NCBI GenBank assembly: GCA_963702435.1
Contig: CAVPCR010000001.1
Location: forward strand, 160,001 to 224,000
Direction: 5' to 3'
From: Candidatus Eiseniibacteriota bacterium
Lineage (GTDB): Bacteria > Eisenbacteria > RBG-16-71-46 > CAVPCR01
DNA length: 64,000 bases
In this document: positions 1 through 10,031 of the stretch, one piece after another
Numbering within the stretch: the first letter of the stretch is position 1
Layout of the letters: every line of letters begins with the position of its first letter
Program-made: the position numbers and the translations under genes
Notes under the pieces: generated by a model
Told to the model about the DNA's origin: nothing
Databases searched by the model: none
What the model saw: only the letters and a program-made list of their open reading frames with translations

Positions 1-282
1 GTACGCCAGGTTGAGCACGTGGTCCGACTCGTAGTACGGCAGGTGCCGCTTGAGCACCTTCACCTCGCGGTCGATCACCTCTCGCAACCCAACGTGGTCG
101 ACCAGCTGCTGGATGAGACCGAGACCCCCGCAAGGGATCGCCCGCGTGCGCGCGTCGAGTTCGTAGTGGATGTTCCCGCCAGCGAGGACGGGACCCGCCA
201 TCCCCGTGGCCCGCTTGCCGTAGAGCCGCGTCTCCAGTTCCGCTTGACGCTCCTCGATGATCCGCGTATCGTTCCGCTTCAC
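1..282 (-). CDS. IS1380-family transposase, N-terminal part (runs off window)
   Basis: Manual translation from GTG at 282: MKRNDTRIIEERQAELETRL...GGLGLIQQLVDHVGLREVIDREVKVLKRHLPYYESDHVLNLAY, resembling IS1380-type N-termini; GGGAGGG RBS upstream. Not in the ORF track because it is truncated. Confidence 0.7.
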   Translation of the reverse strand, partial: MKRNDTRIIEERQAELETRLYGKRATGMAGPVLAGGNIHYELDARTRAIPCGGLGLIQQLVDHVGLREVIDREVKVLKRHLPYYESDHVLNLAY

Positions 283-486
283 CTGAAATGCCCTCCCAGT
301 CCAGGTATTTGCAGTCGAATCAACCGCAGAATACCCGGTGCTGGAGGGCATTTCTATGCCTTTCCCTCGCACTCACCCGCCGAATGCGCTGGATCTGGGG
401 CTAGCTTCCTGTCGGGCTCAGCGAAACTGATGAAGGCATCGTGCCGCAGGGAGTTCATCCTGGAGCCTCCTGTCGTGATTGTCGAT

Positions 487-587
487 CGATAACGAGGGCC
501 TCAGCTGCGGCGGGCGGCCGCGCACGGCGCTCCTTCGCTACCCTCACCTTCGCGCCGGCCGCCGCCAGCTGCAGGCCCAGGTTCTGC
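487..587 (-). other. attC site
   Basis: R'' GCAGAAC (581-587), L'' CTGCAGCTG, L' CAGCTGAG, R' GTTATCG (487-493); imperfect inverted repeat with one extrahelical base. Confidence 0.8.
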
Positions 588-790
588 GGCCGCCTCGATG
601 ATGCCCCATGGCGGCGGTGCCGGCCCTCTTCAGCTCGGCGGTTCGGTCCCCACTCGTCAGCTTCTTCCTACCCCCTCACCACCGGGGGCCGGCGCCGCGC
701 CGCGCGGAGTCCGCACAACACGACCATTCCCCTCTTCGCCCGATCTTCCTTCTCCCTACACGTCCTCGGCGCTCCATCGGACCACAGAAC
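487..790 (-). repeat. ORF-less gene cassette, subtype B (copy 1)
   Basis: Near-identical to 20621-20924; starts GTTCTGT (784-790) and ends in its own attC. Confidence 0.8.
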
Positions 791-795
791 GCTTA

Positions 796-1329
796 TTAGC
801 CATCGCTATTCGGGATGCCCCGCAGATCTGAGATGCTCCATTCGAATTTGGGGTCGCCCTGCTGCCCAGTAACGGCAAAGGAAAAGGACTCGGTTGTGAG
901 AGGAACGATTCTCTCGTCGACCCGGAAATCCCGTGTCCACCTTTCGGAACCGTCAGCCTCCATGCACCTCACCTTGATAACGAATCTCGTGATCACCCAA
1001 TTCGTACCGTTATACAACTTCCCATCGAAGGTATCGCTATACCGTGAGAACCCCGCGTTTCCAGTGACCTTTGACCACTCTTGAGTAGGGAGCTGCTGAG
1101 TCAGGGATTGATTGATCAGCTTTTCTTGTTCGGGATCAACCTGTTCCGTCTTTGTATCGCCGGTAATCATCCAGGTTCTCCCTGTCTTCCTGTCGAGTTC
1201 ATATGCCACACCAGGTGCACCGGCATTGGTGATCGTGTAGCGATGTGCCTCCAAGTAGAACCGGTACCCGATGAGCCCACCGAGGACAAGGGCTGCTGCT
1301 GTGATGACGACAGCCTTCTGGGTGTTCAT
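796..1329 (-). CDS. Hypothetical protein with N-terminal membrane anchor (cassette-like gene)
   Basis: MNTQKAVVITAAALVLGGLIGY hydrophobic N-terminus; lower GC than flanks; start refined from ORF 796..1527. Confidence 0.65.
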   Translation of the reverse strand: MNTQKAVVITAAALVLGGLIGYRFYLEAHRYTITNAGAPGVAYELDRKTGRTWMITGDTKTEQVDPEQEKLINQSLTQQLPTQEWSKVTGNAGFSRYSDTFDGKLYNGTNWVITRFVIKVRCMEADGSERWTRDFRVDERIVPLTTESFSFAVTGQQGDPKFEWSISDLRGIPNSDG

Positions 1330-1602
1330 GGTCGGCAGCGTCTCGGTAGTTGTTGAAAAGGGTCTGACGTTCTCTCCGGACCTCCTGAATCCTAGCGTTT
1401 CGAGCCGTTTGCTTCCATCTTCACAATGCGGTCTGCGATTTCCTTCCTCCTGGCCGCGGTGAGCCCTGGATGGGCTGTTCGCCCGATGATCGCTGAGAAC
1501 CGGCTTCACCAGAGGCCCCAGGATCAACGTTCTCGAGTCGGTCCGACCGGTAGTACCCCCCTGTTTCGGGGTGGCGGGGGCTCGGCGCGGATCCCGGGAG
1601 TC

Positions 1603-2814
1603 TCATGCGAGCTTCCTCTGCGCGCCCGTCGATCATCTCCTCGAGCTTCTGGTACCCGTCGATCTTGCGCAGGCGGATCGCACCAGAAGCGATCAGACCG
1701 AACAGAAGGTCAGCGCCGCCGCCTCGGTCGGGAACGACCCCTGGGTCTTGGTCCGCCGGCGGAACTCCTCGTTGATCCGCTCGATCAGGTTCGTCGTGCG
1801 CAGGCTCTTCCACATCGCGGCGGGGAAGTTGTAGAAGGTCAACAGCTCCCTCCCCGCCTCCTCGAGGCTGACCACGACCTCCGGCACCAGCGGCTGCCAC
1901 TTGCGGCAGAACGCCGCGTAAGCCTTCTCGGCCGCCTCCCGGTTCTCGGCGTGGGTGATCGCCGCATAGTCGCGCTTGAGCTCCGCGTGGCAGTGCTTCG
2001 GCGCCTTGGCCAGCAGGTTCTCCAGCTTGTGCCACGTGCACCGCTGCAGCTCGCGCCTCCGGCCAGGCCTCCCGCACCGCACGGATCAGGCCCGCGTTGC
2101 CGTCCAGCAGCACGAGCCGCGGCGCGACCAGGTTCCGCACGACGAGCCCCTCGATCACTCCCGCCCACGCCTTCAAGCTCTCGCTCGGCGCCAGTCGCAG
2201 CTCGAGCAGCTCCTTCTCGCCGGTGGCCTTCACCCCGACCACCACCTGCACCGGCACCTTGACCACCCGCCGGGCCAGCCGCACCGGCAGCCGCATCGCA
2301 TCCAGGATCAGGATCGCGTACGACTCTCGGCTCAGGTCGCGTCCTCGCCACATGGCGAACAGATCCTGCAGCCGCTTCACCACCCGCGAGACCGCACTCC
2401 GCGACATCGCCGTCCCCTCGACCAGCGGCTTCAGCGCCAGCCGGATCTTCCGCGTGTTCGTCCCCGTCAGGTAGCTCGTGACCAGGGCCGCGTCCAGCCG
2501 CCGCGTGCGCCGCGCGTAGCGCCGGACGATGTCGCTCGCGAACTCCTGCGTCCCCGTCGTGGTCTGCAGGCGAGCGCGGGGCACCTCCACCTCCACCGGG
2601 CCGAACGAGGTCATCAGCCGTCGCGGCGGCCGGCTGCCGTGCCGGTAGCCGGTGCGCGCCTGCGGTGCGCTCCCGGTGGCTGAAGCCCCCAGGGCACCCT
2701 CCACTTCCTCGTCCAGGATGTCGACGATCATCTCCCGGACCCGGCCCCGGACGAGGGTCTCGAGGTCATGGAAATCCGCTGGCGCGCCAGCAACTGCGCA
2801 GTACGATCCTTCAT
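1603..2814 (-). pseudogene. IS256-family (mutator) transposase, frameshifted
   Basis: Motifs YRHGSR..RRLMTSFGPVEVEVPRAR, LILDAM, LVLLDGNAGL, QRCTWHK, SLRTTNLIERINEEFRRRTK spread over several frames; GGAGG RBS before ATG 2814. Confidence 0.85.
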
Positions 2815-2928
2815 GGCGTATTCCTCCGGTTAAGCCCATACTGGGCTTTGCTTTATGACACCCGGAGAATACGCCATCCTCCTTTTTCAACAAGTCCCGG
2901 GACGCTGCCTCATGGTCTCTTCCTTCAT

Positions 2929-2973
2929 GGCTAACGCCCAGCATCAGCGGCGGCGCGACAGCGTCGTCCGCTG
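2929..2973 (-). other. attC site, 3' part (split by intron 1; 5' part 4903-4918)
   Basis: Rejoined: GCCCAAC AACAGC ATG|CAGCGGACGACGCTGTCGCGCCGCCGCTGATGCTGGGC GTTAGCC, a 61-bp attC. Confidence 0.85.
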
Positions 2974-4902
2974 GTAGGGTCAGGGAGTGGCGCCTGGGAC
3001 CAAGGTCCTGGTTTCCACCCCCTGCCACATCAAACCGTACGTGAGGTTTTCCCTCATACGGCTTTCCGACAACCTTCACCTCACAGCATGCGAGTATGTA
3101 GAACGCTCCGCCCCTTTGGGTAGAAGTACGTCAGGCCGCTCCAGCGTTCCCATTCCACGAATGCCTTCGGCAACAGCTGGCCGCGCGAACCCCGGCGCTT
3201 CCGCAGGAACCGCCACAGCCGAAACCGAACGTACCGATCCAGGTCCGCCAGCTTCTTGGTGGAGTTCCCGATCGAGAAGTAGGCCCGCCAGCCGCGAATG
3301 AAGCGGTTGAGAGCGCTCACCAACTCGGCGAGACCCACCCGAAGGCGATCCCTCGACGTTTCCCGGCGAATCTTCTCACGTACCGCGCTCATCGCCTTCT
3401 GGCTCGGCCACGCATAGGGTACCAGTCGGCCCGTCCGCCTCGACGGCATCTTGTGGAAGTGGAAGCCGAGGAAGTCGAAGCCGTCGCTCCCCATGTCGAC
3501 CACGCGCGTCTTCATCGGATGCAGCGTCAACTTCAACCGCCTCAGAAACCCTGCGATGAGTTCGTGCGCCTTTGCCGCTGCCTCGCGACCACGGCACAGG
3601 ACGACGAAGTCATCGCAGTAACGATGGAGCTTACCCACTCTCGTGTGACGATCCTGCCACCATCGGTCCAACGAGTGGAGGTAGATGTTGGCTAGAACGG
3701 GGCTGATCACCCCACCCTGCGGAACGCCACACCGAGTCGCGTGTCGCTGCCGGTCGATAACGACTCCCGCTCGCAGCCACTGACTGATCAGCTTCAGCAC
3801 CCGGCGATCGCTGATCCGTCGCCGGACAAGATTCATGAGAATCTCGTGGTCCACGTTGTCGAAGAAGCCCTCGATGTCTGCATCGAGAACCCACCAACTC
3901 CGGACCAGGGCCTCTTTGACCGCCAGCACCGCTTGCCCCGCGCTACGCCTCGGGCGATACCCGTGCGAGCACGGAGGAAGCTCGCTTCAAACACCGGCTC
4001 GATGACGATCTTGCACGCTTGCTGGACCACCCGATCTCGAACCGTCGGGATCCCCAGCGGTCGCGTGCGACCATCCGGCTTCGGGATCTCCACCCGGAGG
4101 ACTGGGCTCGGGCGATACCTCTCCGCCTTCAGGTCCTCGGCGAGGTCTCCGAGATATGCGTCGACGCCCTGTCGTTCAACATCCTCGATGCTAACGCCAT
4201 CGACGCCGGCACTCCCTCCGTTCGCTCGCACTTCCTCCCAGGCCCGCCACAGTACGTCGGGCCGGACGATGCGGTCATACAGAGCGTGGAACCGTCGGCC
4301 CCGGCTCCTCTTGGCCGCAAGATACAGTCGGCGCTGGAGTTCTCGTGACTTTTCTATCGGGTGTTGTTGGCTCTTGCGAGCATGCACCGTCACTTCCCTC
4401 CCCGCTCGACGCGGTTGAAGCAGGGGAGCTTCCCTCCAGCCGGTTCTGTTGTCCGTGCCTTCAGCGGTACTACCTCCCCCTCCGACTTCTCACGACGCGC
4501 CAGCTCAGACTTCGCATTCCCGTGCTTATACCGAGCCTTCCGGGGACTGTGCCCCCGGCACCGTGAGATCTCCCTTGTTGCCCTGATGGCTGTCCCAACA
4601 TTCCGCTCCCTCTACGCCGAGGAGTTCTTCGAGGCTGCGTTTCCAGAATCTTCGCCTCTTCCATGGCCTTCGCGATGCATGAGACGCTCGGCTCTCCTCT
4701 GCTCCCCTTGCGGGGCTAACATGTCGACGCTGCAGGATTCCCTTTATGGTACGGACTGCTGGCTTGCTCCTCCTTCTCAGAGGGTTACTCCGCTTCACCA
4801 CCTCCAGTCGCCCGGAGGCAGCGGGAGCCTGCTACGTGGCTCTCTGGCGATTACCACGACCGGACTCACACCGGTAAGTCATCAGAACCTTTCAAGGCGC
4901 AC
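2974..4902 (-). mobile_element. Group II intron, copy 1 (inserted in attC)
   Basis: 5' GTGCG, domain V AAGCCGTATGAGGGAAAACCTCACGTACGGTTT, 3' end CCCTAC; internal RT ORF; essentially identical to 8102-10031. Confidence 0.95.
3081..4393 (-). pseudogene. ltrA: Group II intron RT/maturase with 1-bp frameshift near 3973
   Basis: ORFs 3833..4393 and 3081..3929 together equal the intact copy 8209..9522; one G is missing from a GGG run. Confidence 0.9.
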
Positions 4903-4922
4903 CATGCTGTTGTTGGGCGTCA

Positions 4923-5792
4923 TCACGATCGTAGGTCGAATCCAATCCATGTGCGGCCTCGCACGCCCGCGAGGCCCTTGACATCGAAGAACCGATCTAG
5001 CCCTCGAATCGTGATGCGCACCGCCGGTGCGTTGCTTCGCTTCGCAACGCCGAGGTAACTATCGCGAATCGTGTGGAGCACCTCGGCGACGGCTTTCCGC
5101 GCTGATTCAAAGACTGAAAAGGTTCCAGTACGCCAAATGAAGACACGTCCACCGACAGCCGAGATGTCGTCTTGCTCGCCGTCCATAAAGTAGTCCGCGC
5201 TACTCTCTACCGCAATGAGTGCCGACTCGACAAAAGCACGCAAGTCGTCAGCGCTCACTTGACCAGAGGCCACAGCAATTCGAAAGAACGCGTCCGGCGC
5301 GACGTCAACGTACGTGCCGGCCCGTATCTCACCGACCAGCTGCGCTTCCATTACGCTCGTAAGGGATGGCCTCGGACTGATGGTACCGATAAGTCTGGCG
5401 ATACCAGACTTCCAGTTCTTGGTGAGATCGGTCCACTGAAGGTCACGAAGAGTTTCTCCGGCACCAATAGGGCGACTCGGGGGATTGCACGCTGAGAGAA
5501 GTACCGGTAGAAACCACACCCTATCGGTGGAACGCAGCCGGAGTTCCTCGATCGCCAAGGTTAGTTCCTCGTTCATATGGCTTCGCTCCCTCGCCGTTGA
5601 GTTGGCTGAGAAGCATGCCAGGAAGAACGAACCGTTCTGAATCGCGTCGCGGAGCGACTCCTTCCATCGCTTGCCTGGGTTTATGCGTTCCCGGTCTAAC
5701 CAAATGTCGATGCCTGGACGCCTAAGCTCTGACACGAGCTGATCGACCAGCTTCGCGTCGTCGCGTACGTAGGAGATGAAGACATGGGACAT
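4923..5792 (-). CDS. TIR (TIR_2-like) domain protein, cassette gene
   Basis: MSHVFISYVRDD...IWLDRERINPG..W...AIQNGSFFLACFS...MNEEL; cassette starts GTTGGGC (7117-7123) and its R'' is GCCCAAC (4912-4918). Confidence 0.85.
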   Translation of the reverse strand: MSHVFISYVRDDAKLVDQLVSELRRPGIDIWLDRERINPGKRWKESLRDAIQNGSFFLACFSANSTARERSHMNEELTLAIEELRLRSTDRVWFLPVLLSACNPPSRPIGAGETLRDLQWTDLTKNWKSGIARLIGTISPRPSLTSVMEAQLVGEIRAGTYVDVAPDAFFRIAVASGQVSADDLRAFVESALIAVESSADYFMDGEQDDISAVGGRVFIWRTGTFSVFESARKAVAEVLHTIRDSYLGVAKRSNAPAVRITIRGLDRFFDVKGLAGVRGRTWIGFDLRS

Positions 5793-5824
5793 TGTTCTGG
5801 CCTCACCTGTCGGCGACACTATTT

Positions 5825-7104
5825 GGTTCTTCCGGGTTTTCCGTGGGTGAGGGCTGAGGTGTAGGCTCCGACCCCGAAGGAGGGTCAGAGCCGTGCGTGA
5901 CACCGAGCTTTACCGGTACCTGTTGGGTCTTGAGTCGCCGTGGTCGGTCAGTCGGGTCGAGTTGAATCTCGAGCAGCAGCGGGTGGACGCGTGGGCGGAG
6001 CACCCGCAGGGCCAGCGCTGGCCGTGCCCCGAGTGTGGTGAGGAGCTGCCGCTTTACGATCACAGCGAGGAGCGAGTGTGGCGGCACCTGGACAGCTGTC
6101 AGTTCATGACCTTCCTGCACGCGCGGCCGCTGCGGGTGAACTGCTCCACGCATGGCGTGCGGCAGGTGCGACTGCCGTGGGCGGAGCCCCACGCACGCTT
6201 CACCGCCCTGTTCGAGCGCCTGGCGATCGACGTGCTGCGGGAGACGGACATCACCGGGGCCACCCGGATCCTGCGCATCAGCTGGGACGAGGCGTGGCAT
6301 CTGATGGAACGCGCGGTGGCTCGTGGCCTGCTGGCGAAGGGGGAGCGGATCTGCCCGCTGATCGGCGTGGATGAGGACGCGGTGGCCAAGGGGCAGAAGT
6401 ACATGACGCTGGTGTACGACCTGAAGGAGGCGACCGTCGAGTACATCGGAGATGGCCGCAGTCAGGAGAGCTTGGACGGCTACTTCCGCGGTCTGACGCC
6501 GGCCCAGTTGGCCGGGATCGAGGCGCTCGCCCTCGACATGTGGGACCCCTTCGCCCGTTCGATCCTCGAACACGTGCCCGATGCCGAGGACAAGATGGTC
6601 TACGACCAGTTCCACATCATGGCGCATGTCGGGAAGGCAGTGGACGCGGTCCGCAAGCGGGAGCACCGCGCGCTGACCGCGGTCGGCGACGAGACCCTGA
6701 AGGGGAGCAAGTACCTCTGGCTGTACGGGGTCGAGAACCTGCCCGAGAAGCACCGAGCCCGGTTCGCAGCGCTGCGGGACGCCGAGCTCAAGACCGGTCG
6801 GGCATGGGCGATCAAGGAGAGCCTGCGGGCGCTGTGGGACTACCGCAGCTACGCCTGGGCCAAGAAGCACTGGCAGGCCTGGTACTTCTGGGGGCGGCTG
6901 ATCAAGCGCCATCTCCTCAACGTGCTCGCCTACTTCGACCATCCGATCACCAACGCCGTGGCGGAGGGCATCAACTCAAAAATCGGGACGATCAAGAAGG
7001 CTGCCTACGGCTTCCGCAACCCGGAGCACTTCAAGACCGCCATCTTCTTCCACTGCGGTGGCCTCAACCTCTACCCGGCTACCCACGGAATTCCCGGATG
7101 AACC
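5825..7104 (+). mobile_element. ISL3-family insertion sequence
   Basis: IRs GGTTCTTCCGGGTTTTCCGTGGGT / revcomp GGTTCATCCGGGAATTCCGTGGGT; 8-bp target duplication CACTATTT (5817-5824, 7105-7112). Confidence 0.95.
5893..7101 (+). CDS. ISL3-family transposase
   Basis: CPECG zinc finger, RVWRHLD, IGVDE, ALDMW, DQFH, TNAVAEGINSKI, YGFRN motifs; may have a short in-frame deletion at WYFWG-RLIKRH. Confidence 0.9.
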   Translation: MRDTELYRYLLGLESPWSVSRVELNLEQQRVDAWAEHPQGQRWPCPECGEELPLYDHSEERVWRHLDSCQFMTFLHARPLRVNCSTHGVRQVRLPWAEPHARFTALFERLAIDVLRETDITGATRILRISWDEAWHLMERAVARGLLAKGERICPLIGVDEDAVAKGQKYMTLVYDLKEATVEYIGDGRSQESLDGYFRGLTPAQLAGIEALALDMWDPFARSILEHVPDAEDKMVYDQFHIMAHVGKAVDAVRKREHRALTAVGDETLKGSKYLWLYGVENLPEKHRARFAALRDAELKTGRAWAIKESLRALWDYRSYAWAKKHWQAWYFWGRLIKRHLLNVLAYFDHPITNAVAEGINSKIGTIKKAAYGFRNPEHFKTAIFFHCGGLNLYPATHGIPG

Positions 7105-7116
7105 CACTATTTGTAC

Positions 7117-7212
7117 GCCCAACGCTTGCCTCAGCCGCGGCGGGCACCCACCGCGGTCCCCTTCTCGCCACTCACCTACCCGCCCGCCGGCGGCTGCAGG
7201 CGGGTGTTCTGC
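7117..7212 (-). other. attC site
   Basis: R'' GCAGAAC, L'' CTGCAGCC, L' GGCTGAG, R' GTTGGGC. Confidence 0.85.
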
Positions 7213-7429
7213 GGCTGGCTCGGCGTCCCTGCTCGTGGCGGCGGTGCCGGCCGTCCCCAGCGCCGCGCCCCGGCCCTCATCACCTGCGCCTCTTCCAAAC
7301 TCCCTGCTCCTGCGGCCGGCGCCGCGCCGCAACCAACTTCCCCTCCCGACCAAACATCGATCGCTCCAGACCACGCTCGCACCAGATCACCTGACCTGAT
7401 CCGCTCTGTGCTTCCAGCCCCGGCAGCGC

Positions 7430-7529
7430 GCAGAACGCTGGCCTCAGCTGCGGCGGGCGGCTGCACCCGGCGCGGCCCCATCGTCCCTACTCCGTGCCGG
7501 CCGCCGCCAGCTGCAGGCCGCTGTTCTGT
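7430..7529 (-). other. attC site
   Basis: R'' ACAGAAC (7523-7529), L'' CTGCAGCTG, L' CAGCTGAG, R' GTTCTGC (7430-7436). Confidence 0.85.
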
Positions 7530-7745
7530 GGCTGGCGGCGGCGTCCCTGCTCGTGGCGGCGGTGCCGGCCCTCTTCACCGCCGTGGGTCGGCCCCCAGCG
7601 CCTCAGCCTCTTCTGGCCACCGTGACCACCCGGGGCCGGCGCCGCGCCGCTGCCAACTTCCCCCGCCGCCCAAACCACGATCCAGGTGTCGCTCGAGCCA
7701 GATCACATAACCTGATCCGCCATCTGCTCAGCGACACGTCAGCAC

Positions 7746-7842
7746 ACAGAACGCTTGCCTCAGCCGCGGCGGGCGTTCACCGCGGCCCCTTTCTCACCTC
7801 TTCCCTGCGCCGCCCGCCGTCGGCTGTAGGCGAGGGTTCTGA
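7746..7842 (-). other. attC site
   Basis: R'' TCAGAAC (7836-7842), L' GGCTGAG, R' GTTCTGT (7746-7752). Confidence 0.8.
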
Positions 7843-8056
7843 GGCTGGCTCGGCGTCCCTGCTCATGGCGGCGGTGCCGGCCGTCCCCAGCGTTGCGCCC
7901 CGGCCCTCATCACCAACGCCTCTTCCAGACTCCCTGCCACCTGCGGCCGGCGCCGCGCCGCAACCAACTTCCCTTCCTGACCAAACATCGATCCACATCA
8001 CGCTCGCACCAGAGCACATACCCTGATCCGCCCTCTGCTTCCAGCCCCGTCAGCGC

Positions 8057-8101
8057 TCAGAACGCTCAACATCAGCGGCGGCGCGACAGCGTCGTCCGCT
8101 G
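8057..8101 (-). other. attC site, 3' part (split by intron 2; 5' part 10032-10047)
   Basis: Rejoined: GCCTAAC AACAGC ATG|CAGCGGACGACGCTGTCGCGCCGCCGCTGATGTTGAGC GTTCTGA. Confidence 0.85.
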
Positions 8102-10031
8102 GTAGGGTCAGGGAGTGGCGCCTGGGACCAAGGTCCTGGTTTCCACCCCCTGCCACATCAAACCGTACGTGAGGTTTTCCCTCATACGGCTTTCCGACAA
8201 CCTTCACCTCACAGCATGCGAGTATGTAGAACGCTCCGCCCCTTTGGGTAGAAGTACGTCAGGCCGCTCCAGCGTTCCCATTCCACGAATGCCTTCGGCA
8301 ACAGCTGGCCGCGCGAACCCCGGCGCTTCCGCAGGAACCGCCACAGCCGAAACCGAACGTACCGATCCAGGTCCGCCAGCTTCTTGGTGGAGTTCCCGAT
8401 CGAGAAGTAGGCCCGCCAGCCGCGAATGAAGCGGTTGAGAGCGCTCACCAACTCGGCGAGACCCACCCGAAGGCGATCCCTCGACGTTTCCCGGCGAATC
8501 TTCTCACGTACCGCGCTCATCGCCTTCTGGCTCGGCCACGCATAGGGTACCAGTCGGCCCGTCCGCCTCGACGGCATCTTGTGGAAGTGGAAGCCGAGGA
8601 AGTCGAAGCCGTCGCTCCCCATGTCGACCACGCGCGTCTTCATCGGATGCAGCGTCAACTTCAACCGCCTCAGAAACCCTGCGATGAGTTCGTGCGCCTT
8701 TGCCGCTGCCTCGCGACCACGGCACAGGACGACGAAGTCATCGCAGTAACGATGGAGCTTACCCACTCTCGTGTGACGATCCTGCCACCATCGGTCCAAC
8801 GAGTGGAGGTAGATGTTGGCTAGAACGGGGCTGATCACCCCACCCTGCGGAACGCCACACCGAGTCGCGTGTCGCTGCCGGTCGATAACGACTCCCGCTC
8901 GCAGCCACTGACTGATCAGCTTCAGCACCCGGCGATCGCTGATCCGTCGCCGGACAAGATTCATGAGAATCTCGTGGTCCACGTTGTCGAAGAAGCCCTC
9001 GATGTCTGCATCGAGAACCCACCAACTCCGGACCAGGGCCTCTTTGACCGCCAGCACCGCTTGCCCCGCGCTACGCCTCGGGCGATACCCGTGCGAGCAC
9101 GGGAGGAAGCTCGCTTCAAACACCGGCTCGATGACGATCTTGCACGCTTGCTGGACCACCCGATCTCGAACCGTCGGGATCCCCAGCGGTCGCGTGCGAC
9201 CATCCGGCTTCGGGATCTCCACCCGGAGGACTGGGCTCGGGCGATACCTCTCCGCCTTCAGGTCCTCGGCGAGGTCTCCGAGATATGCGTCGACGCCCTG
9301 TCGTTCAACATCCTCGATGCTAACGCCATCGACGCCGGCACTCCCTCCGTTCGCTCGCACTTCCTCCCAGGCCCGCCACAGTACGTCGGGCCGGACGATG
9401 CGGTCATACAGAGCGTGGAACCGTCGGCCCCGGCTCCTCTTGGCCGCAAGATACAGTCGGCGCTGGAGTTCTCGTGACTTTTCTATCGGGTGTTGTTGGC
9501 TCTTGCGAGCATGCACCGTCACTTCCCTCCCCGCTCGACGCGGTTGAAGCAGGGGAGCTTCCCTCCAGCCGGTTCTGTTGTCCGTGCCTTCAGCGGTACT
9601 ACCTCCCCCTCCGACTTCTCACGACGCGCCAGCTCAGACTTCGCATTCCCGTGCTTATACCGAGCCTTCCGGGGACTGTGCCCCCGGCACCGTGAGATCT
9701 CCCTTGTTGCCCTGATGGCTGTCCCAACATTCCGCTCCCTCTACGCCGAGGAGTTCTTCGAGGCTGCGTTTCCAGAATCTTCGCCTCTTCCATGGCCTTC
9801 GCGATGCATGAGACGCTCGGCTCTCCTCTGCTCCCCTTGCGGGGCTAACATGTCGACGCTGCAGGATTCCCTTTATGGTACGGACTGCTGGCTTGCTCCT
9901 CCTTCTCAGAGGGTTACTCCGCTTCACCACCTCCAGTCGCCCGGAGGCAGCGGGAGCCTGCTACGTGGCTCTCTGGCGATTACCACGACCGGACTCACAC
10001 CGGTAAGTCATCAGAACCTTTCAAGGCGCAC
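8102..10031 (-). mobile_element. Group II intron, copy 2 (intact ORF, inserted in attC)
   Basis: GTGCG...domain V with AGC triad...CCCTAC boundaries; 437-aa RT. Confidence 0.95.
8209..9522 (-). CDS. ltrA: Group II intron reverse transcriptase/maturase (no endonuclease domain)
   Basis: RT0 (ALYDRI..LWRAWEEVRANGGSAGVDG), RPLGIPTVRDRVVQ, DADIEGFFD, GVPQGGVISP, YCDD, FDFLGF, domain X (LNRFIRGWRAYF). Confidence 0.95.
   Translation of the reverse strand: MTVHARKSQQHPIEKSRELQRRLYLAAKRSRGRRFHALYDRIVRPDVLWRAWEEVRANGGSAGVDGVSIEDVERQGVDAYLGDLAEDLKAERYRPSPVLRVEIPKPDGRTRPLGIPTVRDRVVQQACKIVIEPVFEASFLPCSHGYRPRRSAGQAVLAVKEALVRSWWVLDADIEGFFDNVDHEILMNLVRRRISDRRVLKLISQWLRAGVVIDRQRHATRCGVPQGGVISPVLANIYLHSLDRWWQDRHTRVGKLHRYCDDFVVLCRGREAAAKAHELIAGFLRRLKLTLHPMKTRVVDMGSDGFDFLGFHFHKMPSRRTGRLVPYAWPSQKAMSAVREKIRRETSRDRLRVGLAELVSALNRFIRGWRAYFSIGNSTKKLADLDRYVRFRLWRFLRKRRGSRGQLLPKAFVEWERWSGLTYFYPKGRSVLHTRML

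Larger units (their letters stand above)
7117..8063 (-). repeat. Three tandem ORF-less cassettes (~313 bp each: 7117-7436, 7430-7752, 7746-8063)
   Basis: Each unit is an attC plus ~215-bp body with shared motif (+) GGCGGCGGTGCCGGCC...GGCCGGCGCCGCGCCGC; homologous to 26536-27162. Confidence 0.85.

Noticed and set aside
1549..2866. Precise IS256 ends and target duplication
   Set aside because: Candidate ends match weakly and no 8-9 bp direct repeat was found, so only the transposase is reported.
2815..3079. N-terminus of ORF 1421..3079 (MKVVGKPYEGKPHVRFD), also 7998..8207
   Set aside because: It is a translation of intron domains V-VI and the attC, fortuitously in frame with the IS256 gene.
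7237..7252. GGCGGTGCCG in ORF-less cassettes as an RfaH ops site
   Set aside because: It is on the strand opposite to array transcription and lacks the TAG core.
7117..8063. CRISPR array
   Set aside because: Period is ~310 bp, the repeats are attC-structured and the intervening bodies are homologous to each other; no cas genes.
8209..9522. Retron, DGR or defence-associated RT
   Set aside because: RT0 and domain X plus GTGCG/domain V/AC intron boundaries identify a group II intron; no TR/VR pair or msr-msd seen.
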